From positions 512,001 through 576,000 of the forward strand of contig OY969926.1 in NCBI GenBank assembly GCA_963704645.1: a stretch of DNA of 64,000 nucleotides, in the 5' to 3' direction. How positions within the stretch are numbered: position 1 is the first letter of the stretch; each line of letters opens with the position of its first letter. This document shows, one piece after another, positions 29,557 to 38,452 of this stretch. Position numbers and translations under genes: made by a program. This DNA is from an uncultured bacterium (GTDB taxonomy: Bacteria > Patescibacteriota > JACMRA01). The notes beneath the pieces were generated by a model. It worked only from the letters and a program-made list of their open reading frames with translations. It made no database searches and had not been told where the DNA came from.

Positions 29557-29751
29557 ATGGCTTTAAGTGAGAAACAAATTCAGGAGACAGGAGCTGTACT
29601 TGATAATTTGCCAGAAGTCACATTATCACAGCCTAATATAGACAAAACCGCATGGATTAAAGCACAAGCTTCAGTTGCTAGGCTTAATCCTGATGTAAGG
29701 CAAGTACTTGACAGTGCCGAGTTGAGAGCAGGTGTCAACGTCCAATCCTAA
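29557..29751 (+). CDS. Small protein (64 aa)
   Basis: ATG with AGAGG upstream, TTGACA promoter and downstream terminator. Confidence 0.55.
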   Translation: MALSEKQIQETGAVLDNLPEVTLSQPNIDKTAWIKAQASVARLNPDVRQVLDSAELRAGVNVQS

Positions 29752-29847
29752 ATTTCAAATTTTCAAACTCCACAAGTTCCCAGTCCGTCGCTTTTTAGTA
29801 ACGGCTTTTTTATTGGTTTAAAATCTCCCATAATTAAGTGCCCAAAT

Positions 29848-29871
29848 GGCGATAGTAAATATCGCCGCTAC
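29848..29871 (-). repeat. GTAG-type REP
   Basis: Reverse complement GTAGC-GGCGATA-TTTAC-TATCGCC. Confidence 0.65.
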
Positions 29872-29964
29872 ACGGTTTTATTAAATACAAAGAAAACGCC
29901 CGAAGGCGTAATCAATTTGTTTTATAGTAAATCTTACGTTTGTGGCTCGTAAACTGCTCCACTA

Positions 29965-30390
29965 CTAGGCTTCTACTGTAACTCCCATGCTGCGGCATGT
30001 TCCTTCTACCATTTTCATGGCTTGGTCTACATCGTAGCAGTTTAAATCTTCCATCTTTCTTTCGGCAATGGTTCTTATTTGAGCTTTAGTAATTTTTCCT
30101 ACCTTCTTTCTTAATTGGTCTGAAGCGCCAGAAGTTATACTAATAGCTTGCTTTACTAATTCTGAAACAGCTGGAGTTTTAAGAACGAATTCGAAACTTC
30201 TGTCATCGTATACAGTAATTAAGGCTGGAATGCCACCTACCATGTTGGCGGTTTGAGTGTTAAAATCTTTAACAAACTGCATTAGGTTAATACCTAAAGG
30301 TCCTAATGTTGAACCTACCGGAGGCCCTGCTTGAGCTTTCGCTGCTGGAATTACTATTTTTACAACTGCCTTAATCTTTTTGTTGGCCAT
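29965..30390 (-). CDS. rplK: 50S ribosomal protein L11
   Basis: AGPPVGSTLGPLGINLMQFVKDFN, VYDDRSFEF..KTP, GTCRSMG; true start MANKKIK. Confidence 0.97.
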   Translation of the reverse strand: MANKKIKAVVKIVIPAAKAQAGPPVGSTLGPLGINLMQFVKDFNTQTANMVGGIPALITVYDDRSFEFVLKTPAVSELVKQAISITSGASDQLRKKVGKITKAQIRTIAERKMEDLNCYDVDQAMKMVEGTCRSMGVTVEA

Positions 30391-30437
30391 ATATTTAACA
30401 ATTGAAAGGAAATAGGCCTTAATTGTCAAGAAAAAAG

Positions 30438-31106
30438 CTAGTCTTCAACTGTAAATTCTAGTCTTTTTAGACCTTGGCCAATAGACTTTTGTTTCAAAAT
30501 TACAAATTTACCAATTTCTTTGGAATTACTAATATGCGGTCCTCCACAAAACTCGCGTGAGTAAACTGTGCCTTGGCCATCTTTTAAGGTATAAATACTA
30601 ACAATGTCGCCGTATTTTTCGCCGAACAAACCAATTGCACCAAGTTTCGCAGCCTCTTCTTGTTTCATTTCTAATTTTTCCATCTCCAAATGTCTATCAA
30701 TAATTGCTTGAACCTTGTCTTGGATAGAGTTAATTTCCTCGGTGCTTAAACTATTGGTAAGTGTAAAATCGAATCTGGCTTTTTCGTTGGTTATAGCCGA
30801 ACCTTTTTGTTTAACATCTGTGCCAAAAGTGTCTCGTAAAACTGAGTGTAAAATATGAGTAGAAGTGTGTAACTTCCTTGTTTTTTCTGAATCTTGATCT
30901 AGACCAGATTTAAATTGTCCAGCTGAAGTTGTTTGAGATAGTTTTTGATGTTCAGAAATTAAACTATTTAGCAATTCAGAGTCTAGTTTTAAGCCGTGAC
31001 TTTCTAAAATATCTTCTGAAATTTCAATTGGTACGCCAAAAGTTTGATATAAATCCCAAGTTTTTTCGGCTAGAAATTGTGGAGTAATTTGTTCATTTTT
31101 GTTCAT
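30438..31106 (-). CDS. alaS: Alanyl-tRNA synthetase C-terminal fragment (end of helical region plus editing domain)
   Basis: DLYQTFGVP, HQKLSQTTSAGQFKSGL, HTSTHILH, QKGS, RFDF, EFCGGPH. Confidence 0.88.
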   Translation of the reverse strand: MNKNEQITPQFLAEKTWDLYQTFGVPIEISEDILESHGLKLDSELLNSLISEHQKLSQTTSAGQFKSGLDQDSEKTRKLHTSTHILHSVLRDTFGTDVKQKGSAITNEKARFDFTLTNSLSTEEINSIQDKVQAIIDRHLEMEKLEMKQEEAAKLGAIGLFGEKYGDIVSIYTLKDGQGTVYSREFCGGPHISNSKEIGKFVILKQKSIGQGLKRLEFTVED

Positions 31107-31174
31107 AAATAATTCTTAATAAATCACTAATAATGGTCTAGTTAAATTTCTAAATACTTCTAAATTTTTCCAAA

Positions 31175-32215
31175 TTAAATCTTTAACCCGAAGATTCCTG
31201 CTAAATTCTTAACTGTTTCTAAGTTGCTAACAGTACTGCTAACTCCGTTAAAAATAGAGGAAATAGTTTCCAAGGCTGTTTGAATAATACCAGTTTTTTT
31301 ATCATCTAAATTAGCGTTGTGTTCAGAGTTTTCTGTAATATGGTTAACTGCTTTAATGGCTACTTCCTTTTGAATTTCGGGAATTTCTTGGTTGGTAGTA
31401 ATTAATTCTAAAATTTCAAGCAAATAGCCTTGAATTTGAATAAGTTTATCTTCGCTATCGTCTGTTGGCTTTACCATTTCTACAATTTTTTGCCTAGAAT
31501 TACTAACCATTTCACTATAATTTTGGCCGAAATTCATGTTGCCTGAATTATTAATATTGCTGTTTTGGAAGTTTTGTTGAGTCATACTGCTTGTGTTAAT
31601 GTTGTTTTGCTGGCTAATTTTTTGAGAAATTAAGCTAATATTTTGGTTGGAAAAGTTTTTTATAATTTCCTGAAAATATTGCTTATCTTTTGTTAAAATT
31701 TCAGTTTCGGTCAAGCTGGTTAAAATTTTGTTTTTTAAACTTTTAATTTCCTCTTTCAAAACTTTTGGATCTTCATTCTGACTGGGATCGTTTGCACTAT
31801 TAGAAAGACTGTTCTGCAAACTTTTAATTTCCCGCTTCATTTTTATTAATTTGTGCATAAACTCTTCAGCAATCAAACCTTCCTCTGAGTGTTCAGCAGA
31901 GCTAGATTTTAAGTTGGAAATAATTTTATTTAGCAAAGCTGGCTCGGCAAAAAAACTGATGTATTCTTGGTACTTTTGATCAACTTCATTTTCAGAAAAA
32001 TCTATCGAAACAACCTGAATGTCTAAGCCTTCATTGGTTGATATTAGGTTAATTGCCGCTTCCTTTGTAACTGCCTTATCTTGCCAGGTAAGTTCATTTA
32101 AATAGTATTCAAAAAAAACTAAAAATTGGGTGATATCTATTTTGTATTCACGAATTTCTTGGTCTAATTCAATTGACCTAGTCCAAATTGGATATTCAAA
32201 ATAATTATCGCTCAT
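31175..32215 (-). CDS. Hypothetical coiled-coil protein between the alaS fragments
   Basis: 346-aa ORF with an N/Q-rich linker. Confidence 0.65.
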   Translation of the reverse strand: MSDNYFEYPIWTRSIELDQEIREYKIDITQFLVFFEYYLNELTWQDKAVTKEAAINLISTNEGLDIQVVSIDFSENEVDQKYQEYISFFAEPALLNKIISNLKSSSAEHSEEGLIAEEFMHKLIKMKREIKSLQNSLSNSANDPSQNEDPKVLKEEIKSLKNKILTSLTETEILTKDKQYFQEIIKNFSNQNISLISQKISQQNNINTSSMTQQNFQNSNINNSGNMNFGQNYSEMVSNSRQKIVEMVKPTDDSEDKLIQIQGYLLEILELITTNQEIPEIQKEVAIKAVNHITENSEHNANLDDKKTGIIQTALETISSIFNGVSSTVSNLETVKNLAGIFGLKI

Positions 32216-32226
32216 CTAATATTATT

Positions 32227-33081
32227 TTAGGGCAAAAATATAATATAGTAAAGAATTAAACAGGCTAGCATTACTACCGGAGTGAAAATAGTGACGTATT
32301 TATATCTAGAATTTACTAATTTGGAAGAAATTAAATATTTCTGTGTATCTTGGTCTTCCTCCTTTTTGTCTCCAAACTTATCTACAATTTGCCAAGTATC
32401 GTTTTTGTTACTACTTATAATTTTCTTAAGTAGTTCTGGTTGGTTAATCCAAACTAGGTTAGGGTACTTTCTTAGCCAAAAACCAATAATTTGAGTACAT
32501 AAACTAATTCCTGCATAAATTAACACACCTCTTAACAAGCTATTTACCCAAAGTTTAGCCCAGCTTTCTTCTACAAAAATAGACATGAATACCAAACCAA
32601 AAATTACCAAGGAAGAAATATTAATTAATTTATATAAACTATTGTATATTGTGTATAATTTAGTGTTGCTAAATTTTGTGGCTTCAATTACTTCTTCAGC
32701 TAAATTTTGAACATTGTTACCAGTAGCAATATTTCTATACATTTCTTCTATACTTTTATAATCGCTTAATTTGGTTAAAACCAAAGTTTTTTTCTTTGGG
32801 AAATTTTCGTAAATTAAAGTGTATTTCGGGTTTACAGCATCGGTAATTTCCATTCGAATTAGCTTGTTTTCTGAACTAATTTTGGTAAAATATTCTTTCC
32901 AGTCTTCAGTCTTTTTAACTTTTAAAATATTTTTTTCCAGTTTTTTTCCAGAAAATTTAACGGTTACATATACATCTTCAGAAAATTTAGATTTTGCCAG
33001 CTTTGCCAGCTTTTCAGTATTTATAAAACCAAATTGTTTGGCCAATATGCTGCCCGAAGTTAGTAATGTTAAAATATTCAT
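32227..33081 (-). CDS. Hypothetical membrane protein between the alaS fragments
   Basis: 284-aa ORF with about 3 C-terminal TM segments. Confidence 0.65.
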   Translation of the reverse strand: MNILTLLTSGSILAKQFGFINTEKLAKLAKSKFSEDVYVTVKFSGKKLEKNILKVKKTEDWKEYFTKISSENKLIRMEITDAVNPKYTLIYENFPKKKTLVLTKLSDYKSIEEMYRNIATGNNVQNLAEEVIEATKFSNTKLYTIYNSLYKLINISSLVIFGLVFMSIFVEESWAKLWVNSLLRGVLIYAGISLCTQIIGFWLRKYPNLVWINQPELLKKIISSNKNDTWQIVDKFGDKKEEDQDTQKYLISSKLVNSRYKYVTIFTPVVMLACLILYYIIFLP

Positions 33082-33103
33082 AAATGTAAGCTGAAATGTT
33101 AAA

Positions 33104-33442
33104 CTAAGCTAAAATTTTTGACCATTGTTTTTGTCCAACTTCAATGGCCTTTTGGTATTTTTGGGCTTCTGTAATTAATGTGGAAACAATTGTTTCTTTA
33201 TTTTCTTCTATTTCTGGATAAACACCACTGTAAATATTAACAACAGATTGAACCAGTTCTTCAAAATATGCTGGCTGACTTATATCTATTTTTAGTTTTA
33301 AACTTGCTGAAAGTGATCTTCTAATAAGCCTTCTTAATACGTAACCACGCTGTTTACCACTTGGTAGAACACCATCGGCAATAATAAAACAACTAGTTCT
33401 AATGTGATCAGCTATAATATCTTGAGGTAAAATGTTGGTCAT
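33104..33442 (-). CDS. alaS: Alanyl-tRNA synthetase helical tRNA-recognition fragment
   Basis: IIADHIRTSCFIIADGVLPS..RGYVLRRLIRR...YPEI; ATG at 33442. Confidence 0.88.
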   Translation of the reverse strand: MTNILPQDIIADHIRTSCFIIADGVLPSGKQRGYVLRRLIRRSLSASLKLKIDISQPAYFEELVQSVVNIYSGVYPEIEENKETIVSTLITEAQKYQKAIEVGQKQWSKILA

Positions 33443-33735
33443 ACTGCTTATATTAGGCAAGAATTATTTAGCAAATTTAAAAAACTTCTTAACCATTCTT
33501 CTTATTTTTGAATATAAAGATTGGTTTTTTCTGAAATTGTTATAGATTTTTTTAAACATAGAATGAAATTGGTTGGCCTAATAACTTTGGTCAAGTTAAT
33601 TCACCTTTGAAATTTAAATTATTTTTTTGGAACCTGACCATCACTCCCTCTTACTATTGGTGTAAGAGAAAGCTTTGCAATCTCTTTGAGTGAATGCTAG
33701 ACCAATTAAGAACTAACGGTTATAATAAGGTTATC

Positions 33736-34764
33736 ATGCAAATTAGTTATCAGTCGTTTCACGGAGATTTGTACAAGGCAATTAACCAAAAAGTGGAAGC
33801 TTATTTTGTGGAAAATAAATTACAGAAAACGGGAAATTCAAAGTTGCATTATTTTACTTTAACGGTTTTTATTTTAGTTTTGTGTAGCTACTTTAGTTGG
33901 CTATTTCTAGGAAGCAACATTTGGTTTAATGTACTATTTGCTTTTTTTCTAGGAATTTTTGTAGCAATTTTAGGCTCTATAAGTCATGAAGCAACTCATA
34001 GAGCCTTTAGTAAAAAAAGTTGGCAGAACAGTCTGTTGCTTTTATTCAGTGATTTAATTGGAAAAAGTTCAGATAAATATCAACAAGTTCATGCTTTCCA
34101 CCACACACTTACAAATATAGATGGCCAAGATCCGGACATTGGTTTGGAGCCAATTTTAAGGTTGAGCCCTTTGCAGTTAAAAAAACCTTGGCATAGGTAT
34201 CAACATATTTACGCTTTGTTAATTTATAGTTTAGCAGCTTTTTATACAGTTTTTAGCCTCCATACTTTTAACAAATATTTTAGTGGCCATCCTTTTAAAG
34301 CCAAATTAATTTATTGGCTGGGGAAAGTTAGCCATATTTTAATATTTATTGCCGTTCCCACTTTAATTCTTGGCTTTTACAATGCTTTGCTGGGATACAT
34401 AATTTTTATGGTTGTAGCCGGGCTTTATATTTCTTTCATAATTCAACCTTCTCATTTATTTGATGGAAGTGAATTTGTTACGCCTAACTCTGATAATAAA
34501 ATTAATGAAGAATGGACCGAACACATGATTAAGGTTACATCAAACTATTCAAACGGAAATCAATTATTAAGTTTTTTGTACGCGGGAATGGATTACCATA
34601 TTGTGCATCAAGTTTATCCACATATTAGTATGGTCCATTTTCCTCCTCTAAATAAAATTATTAAGCGGGTAGTTGTGGAGCAGGGTTTAAGTTACAAAGA
34701 ATTTCCAAACTTGTATATTGCTTTGAGCAACCATTTTATTCACCTCTATAATTTAGGTAGATAA
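33736..34764 (+). CDS. Membrane fatty-acid/acyl-CoA desaturase
   Basis: His boxes HEATH, HAFHH, HIVHQ; TNIDGQDPDI; PWHRYQHIY. Confidence 0.85.
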   Translation: MQISYQSFHGDLYKAINQKVEAYFVENKLQKTGNSKLHYFTLTVFILVLCSYFSWLFLGSNIWFNVLFAFFLGIFVAILGSISHEATHRAFSKKSWQNSLLLLFSDLIGKSSDKYQQVHAFHHTLTNIDGQDPDIGLEPILRLSPLQLKKPWHRYQHIYALLIYSLAAFYTVFSLHTFNKYFSGHPFKAKLIYWLGKVSHILIFIAVPTLILGFYNALLGYIIFMVVAGLYISFIIQPSHLFDGSEFVTPNSDNKINEEWTEHMIKVTSNYSNGNQLLSFLYAGMDYHIVHQVYPHISMVHFPPLNKIIKRVVVEQGLSYKEFPNLYIALSNHFIHLYNLGR

Positions 34765-34877
34765 AGATATAATTATATTTTAACAATATCTAAACTCATT
34801 CCAATAGCTATAGGGCAAAAAGAAGTTTATAATTACTTATTGTAATGCCAAACAGATACTCAAAGTAGTTTTAAAGC

Positions 34878-35141
34878 TTAATCTAGCTTAAAAATAATGT
34901 TTAAAGCCTCATCTAATTCGGTAAGTGAATATTTATCTAGCTGACTTAACACCCCTTTGGAAATTATATCTTTACAAATTTTGCTAACCCCTCCCTTTGC
35001 GGCTAAAAGTTGAGTAAATGTTTGACCTTTTACTTGGTTGTTCTCAATAACCATAGATACAGACTGTAACTGTCCAACAATTTTTTTGATAGATATTGTT
35101 ATATCTTTTATATCTTTTTGGGATAGTTGTATTTCAGGCAT
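34878..35141 (-). CDS. CsoR/RcnR/FrmR-family repressor
   Basis: IKKIVGQLQSV...FTQLLAAKGG pattern. Confidence 0.7.
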   Translation of the reverse strand: MPEIQLSQKDIKDITISIKKIVGQLQSVSMVIENNQVKGQTFTQLLAAKGGVSKICKDIISKGVLSQLDKYSLTELDEALNIIFKLD

Positions 35142-35260
35142 ATTGTGTTTGTTTTTTGGAAGAAATTAATTTATTATTATAATATTAGTGCATAAATATT
35201 TGTAATTGTCAAAAAAATATAACTAAATATCCCTTTAAAGTAAGGATTGTGGCTATGCCT

Positions 35261-35279
35261 ATACCCCTAGGGGTTGACA
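35261..35279 (+). promoter_or_regulatory. CsoR-like operator palindrome overlapping a -35 box
   Basis: ACCCCTAGGGGT (35263-35274) overlapping TTGACA (35274-35279). Confidence 0.6.
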
Positions 35280-35325
35280 AGAGCATAAAAATGTTTTAAC
35301 CCCAAATGGAATAAAGTTTTATTCT

Positions 35326-36414
35326 ATGTCATCCGATAACAACAACTCTAAAAACAATTCAATAGTTATTGCACTTGGTGTAATTGCTGTTGTAGCCATT
35401 GCTGGCACAGCCATTTATTTTGGCACAATGAAAAAAGATGATAACAAAGACAATAAAATGTCTAGTGACACATCCATGACCAAAGATGAAAAGACAGTAT
35501 CTGTTGGTGGAGCTGCAATGTTTGCTAACAAGGATATTATTTCCAACGTAGTAAACGCTCCTAATTTAACAACTCTAGTTGCCGCTGTTAAAGCTGCTGA
35601 CTTAGTTGCTACATTACAAGGACCAGGACCTTTCACAGTATTCGGACCAGATAACGCTGCTTTTGCAAAATTACCTGCTGGAACTGTAGAAACTCTTGTT
35701 AAACCAGAAAACAAAGCTACTTTAACTAACATTTTAACTTATCACGTAGTAGCTGGAAAGTTACTAAGTACCGATCTAAAAGATGGTCAAAAGTTAAAGA
35801 CTGTTCAAGGACAAGAATTAACAATTAAAAAGAGTGGTAATTCCGTAATGATTATGGATAACTCTGGAAACACTTCAAACGTAACTACTGCTGATGTTTT
35901 ACAAAGCAACGGTGTAGCTCACGTTATTGACACTGTCTTAATTCCAGCTGCCGAAACTAAAGTAGGTGGAGCTGCAATGTTTGCTAACAAGGATATTATT
36001 TCCAACGTAGTAAACGCTCCTAATTTAACAACTCTAGTTGCCGCTGTTAAAGCTGCTGACTTAGTTGCTACATTACAAGGACCAGGACCTTTCACAGTAT
36101 TCGGACCAGATAACGCTGCTTTTGCAAAATTACCTGCTGGAACTGTAGAAACTCTTGTTAAACCAGAAAACAAAGCTACTTTAACAAAAATCTTAACTTA
36201 TCATGCTGTTTCAGGAAAATTCCTAGCTGCAGATTTGAAAGATGGTCAAAAGTTAAAGACTGTTCAAGGACAAGAATTAACAGTTAGAAAAACTGCTAGC
36301 TCAACTCAACTTATTGATGCTTCAGGATTTACTTCCACAATAATCACTGCTGATGTTTTACAAAGCAACGGTGTAGCTCACGTTATTGACACTGTCTTAA
36401 CTCCAAAAGCTTAA
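35326..36414 (+). CDS. Membrane-anchored protein with two fasciclin (FAS1) domains
   Basis: Two copies of TLVAAVKAADLV.TLQGPGPFTVF.P.NAAF...ILTYH...SNGVAHVIDTVL. Confidence 0.93.
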   Translation: MSSDNNNSKNNSIVIALGVIAVVAIAGTAIYFGTMKKDDNKDNKMSSDTSMTKDEKTVSVGGAAMFANKDIISNVVNAPNLTTLVAAVKAADLVATLQGPGPFTVFGPDNAAFAKLPAGTVETLVKPENKATLTNILTYHVVAGKLLSTDLKDGQKLKTVQGQELTIKKSGNSVMIMDNSGNTSNVTTADVLQSNGVAHVIDTVLIPAAETKVGGAAMFANKDIISNVVNAPNLTTLVAAVKAADLVATLQGPGPFTVFGPDNAAFAKLPAGTVETLVKPENKATLTKILTYHAVSGKFLAADLKDGQKLKTVQGQELTVRKTASSTQLIDASGFTSTIITADVLQSNGVAHVIDTVLTPKA

Positions 36415-36479
36415 TCTAACAAATATATAAACTAAAACCGGGCGGCTTAGGTCGCCCATTCCTATTCAAATTTTTTTCT

Positions 36480-38165
36480 ATGTCATTATTATTAGTATCA
36501 TTCTTTGCTGGAATACTTACTGTTCTTGCTCCATGTGTTCTGCCACTTTTACCGGTAATTCTTGGGGGAACAGCTTCCAACAAAAACAAATGGTACCCTT
36601 ACATTGTTATTGCTTCTTTAGGCGTATCAATATTTCTTTTCACGCTTTTACTAAAAGCTACATCACTTCTTATTAATATTCCACCAGAATTTTGGACTTC
36701 GGTTTCTGGTATTATTTTAGTATTCTTTGGTTTTATTACTTTATTTCCAAGAACATGGGATGCTTTTAATGTTAAACTTGGTTTAAGCCAAAACTCTGAT
36801 AAATTATTGGAGCAGGCTAGCGAAGTAAAAAGTGGTATTTGGCAGCCCGTTCTTCTTGGCGCTGCTTTAGGGCCAGTGTTTAGTAGTTGCAGTTTTACTT
36901 ATGCTTTACTTTTAGCTACAGTTTTACCGGCAGACTTTTGGTGGGGCGTTACTAATATGTTAGTTTACATTGCTGGTTTAACATTAATTCTATTATTAAT
37001 TTCTGTATTAGGGTCTAGATTAATTAAAAAACTTAAATTTGCTTCCAATCCAGACGGAATTTTTAAACGCGGTTTAGGACTTTTGTTCTTAATTGTTGGA
37101 GTATTAATTATTACTGGTTACGATAAAAAGTTCCAAGTTTTTGTAGCTGATACAACCAAATTTGATATTACAAATATTGAAAAAAGTGTTCTCCAACAAA
37201 ATAATATAACTAAAGACAATTCCGTAAGCTTAGATTCTAAAGGTGTTAAAGCTGAAGAATTTGTAGGATTACAGAACTGGATTAACAGCTCTCCAACAAC
37301 ACTTGCTTCTTTGAAAGGAAAAGTTGTTTTGGTAGATTTTTGGACTTACAGTTGCATTAATTGTATTCGAACCCAGCCATATTTAAACACCTGGTACGAT
37401 ACTTATAAAGACAAAAACTTTGTAATTATTGGAATTCATACTCCAGAGTTTTCTTTCGAAAAGAAATTAGAAAATTTGGAAAAAGCAGTTAAAGAAGCAA
37501 AAATTCAATATCCTGTTGCATCAGACAATGACTATGATACTTGGAATACTTACAAAAATAGCTTCTGGCCTGCTAAATATTTAATAGATAAAGAAGGGCA
37601 AATTAGATATACTCACTTCGGTGAAGGTGCATATGAAGAAACTGAAAAAGCTATTCAAACACTTATTGCTGAAACCGGAACCAAAGTTGATGGTGAGTTA
37701 AAATCTAGTAAAATTGGTTCTGAAGACAACAAAATGGCTTTAACCCCAGAAACATATCTTGGTTGGTCTCGATCTACTGCAAATTTCCTAAACATAAAAA
37801 ATATAGAATACAATGTACCATCTAATTATATTTTGAACACAGATTTGAAAACTGATAATTGGAGTCTTGGTGGGAACTGGCAAATTAACAATGAAAACAT
37901 AATTGCCAAGCAATCTGGTAACAAACTTAGAATTAGTTACAAAGCTAAAGATGTATTTTTAGTTATGGGTAATACTAGTGGTGGAAAAGTTAAAATTGCT
38001 GTTGATGGTAATAGTAAACTAGGAAGTGATGTTTCTAATAACGAAATAAACGTTACAGATTACAGATTATACAAGCTTGTTCAAAATAATGAATATAATT
38101 CAAACGGCTTTATAGAATTAGAATTTCCAGAAGGTGTTGAAGCAAACGCATTTACATTTGGATAA
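36480..38165 (+). CDS. dipZ: DipZ-like CcdA/DsbD-thioredoxin fusion
   Basis: LAPCVLPLLP, FSSCS, DFWTYSCINC, HTPEF, HFGEGAY, TPETYLG. Confidence 0.88.
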   Translation: MSLLLVSFFAGILTVLAPCVLPLLPVILGGTASNKNKWYPYIVIASLGVSIFLFTLLLKATSLLINIPPEFWTSVSGIILVFFGFITLFPRTWDAFNVKLGLSQNSDKLLEQASEVKSGIWQPVLLGAALGPVFSSCSFTYALLLATVLPADFWWGVTNMLVYIAGLTLILLLISVLGSRLIKKLKFASNPDGIFKRGLGLLFLIVGVLIITGYDKKFQVFVADTTKFDITNIEKSVLQQNNITKDNSVSLDSKGVKAEEFVGLQNWINSSPTTLASLKGKVVLVDFWTYSCINCIRTQPYLNTWYDTYKDKNFVIIGIHTPEFSFEKKLENLEKAVKEAKIQYPVASDNDYDTWNTYKNSFWPAKYLIDKEGQIRYTHFGEGAYEETEKAIQTLIAETGTKVDGELKSSKIGSEDNKMALTPETYLGWSRSTANFLNIKNIEYNVPSNYILNTDLKTDNWSLGGNWQINNENIIAKQSGNKLRISYKAKDVFLVMGNTSGGKVKIAVDGNSKLGSDVSNNEINVTDYRLYKLVQNNEYNSNGFIELEFPEGVEANAFTFG

Positions 38166-38452
38166 AACCTGGTTGAGCTAACCTTATAATTCAGATTTTA
38201 CCATGGCCTCTCTTTTATTTGGAGAGGCTTAGTTTTTGCTTAAACATTGGCTGGAAAATTGTTATCAGTAATCTTGCTAAATCTAAAAATTGCCCTCAAT
38301 AATGATGTTGGAAATTCATAGAATTTGATGGGGTGTTTTCTTAGGAAATACATTTTCACGACAAGCCCAGTATATTGCCACTGTTTTTTTAATAGAATTA
38401 TCTCCAGAACCCCAATTGACATATTAGCCTATTTTCAATTACATTCATACTA

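Noticed and set aside
31107-33103. Self-splicing intron or IS interrupting alaS
   Set aside because: No group I/II structure, homing endonuclease, RT, transposase or terminal repeats seen; both alaS pieces have their own start and stop
29415-33130. Shared peptide KQWSKI in the alaS fragment end and the start-less ORF
   Set aside because: Codons differ (Ser TCA vs AGC) and there is no further similarity; probably chance
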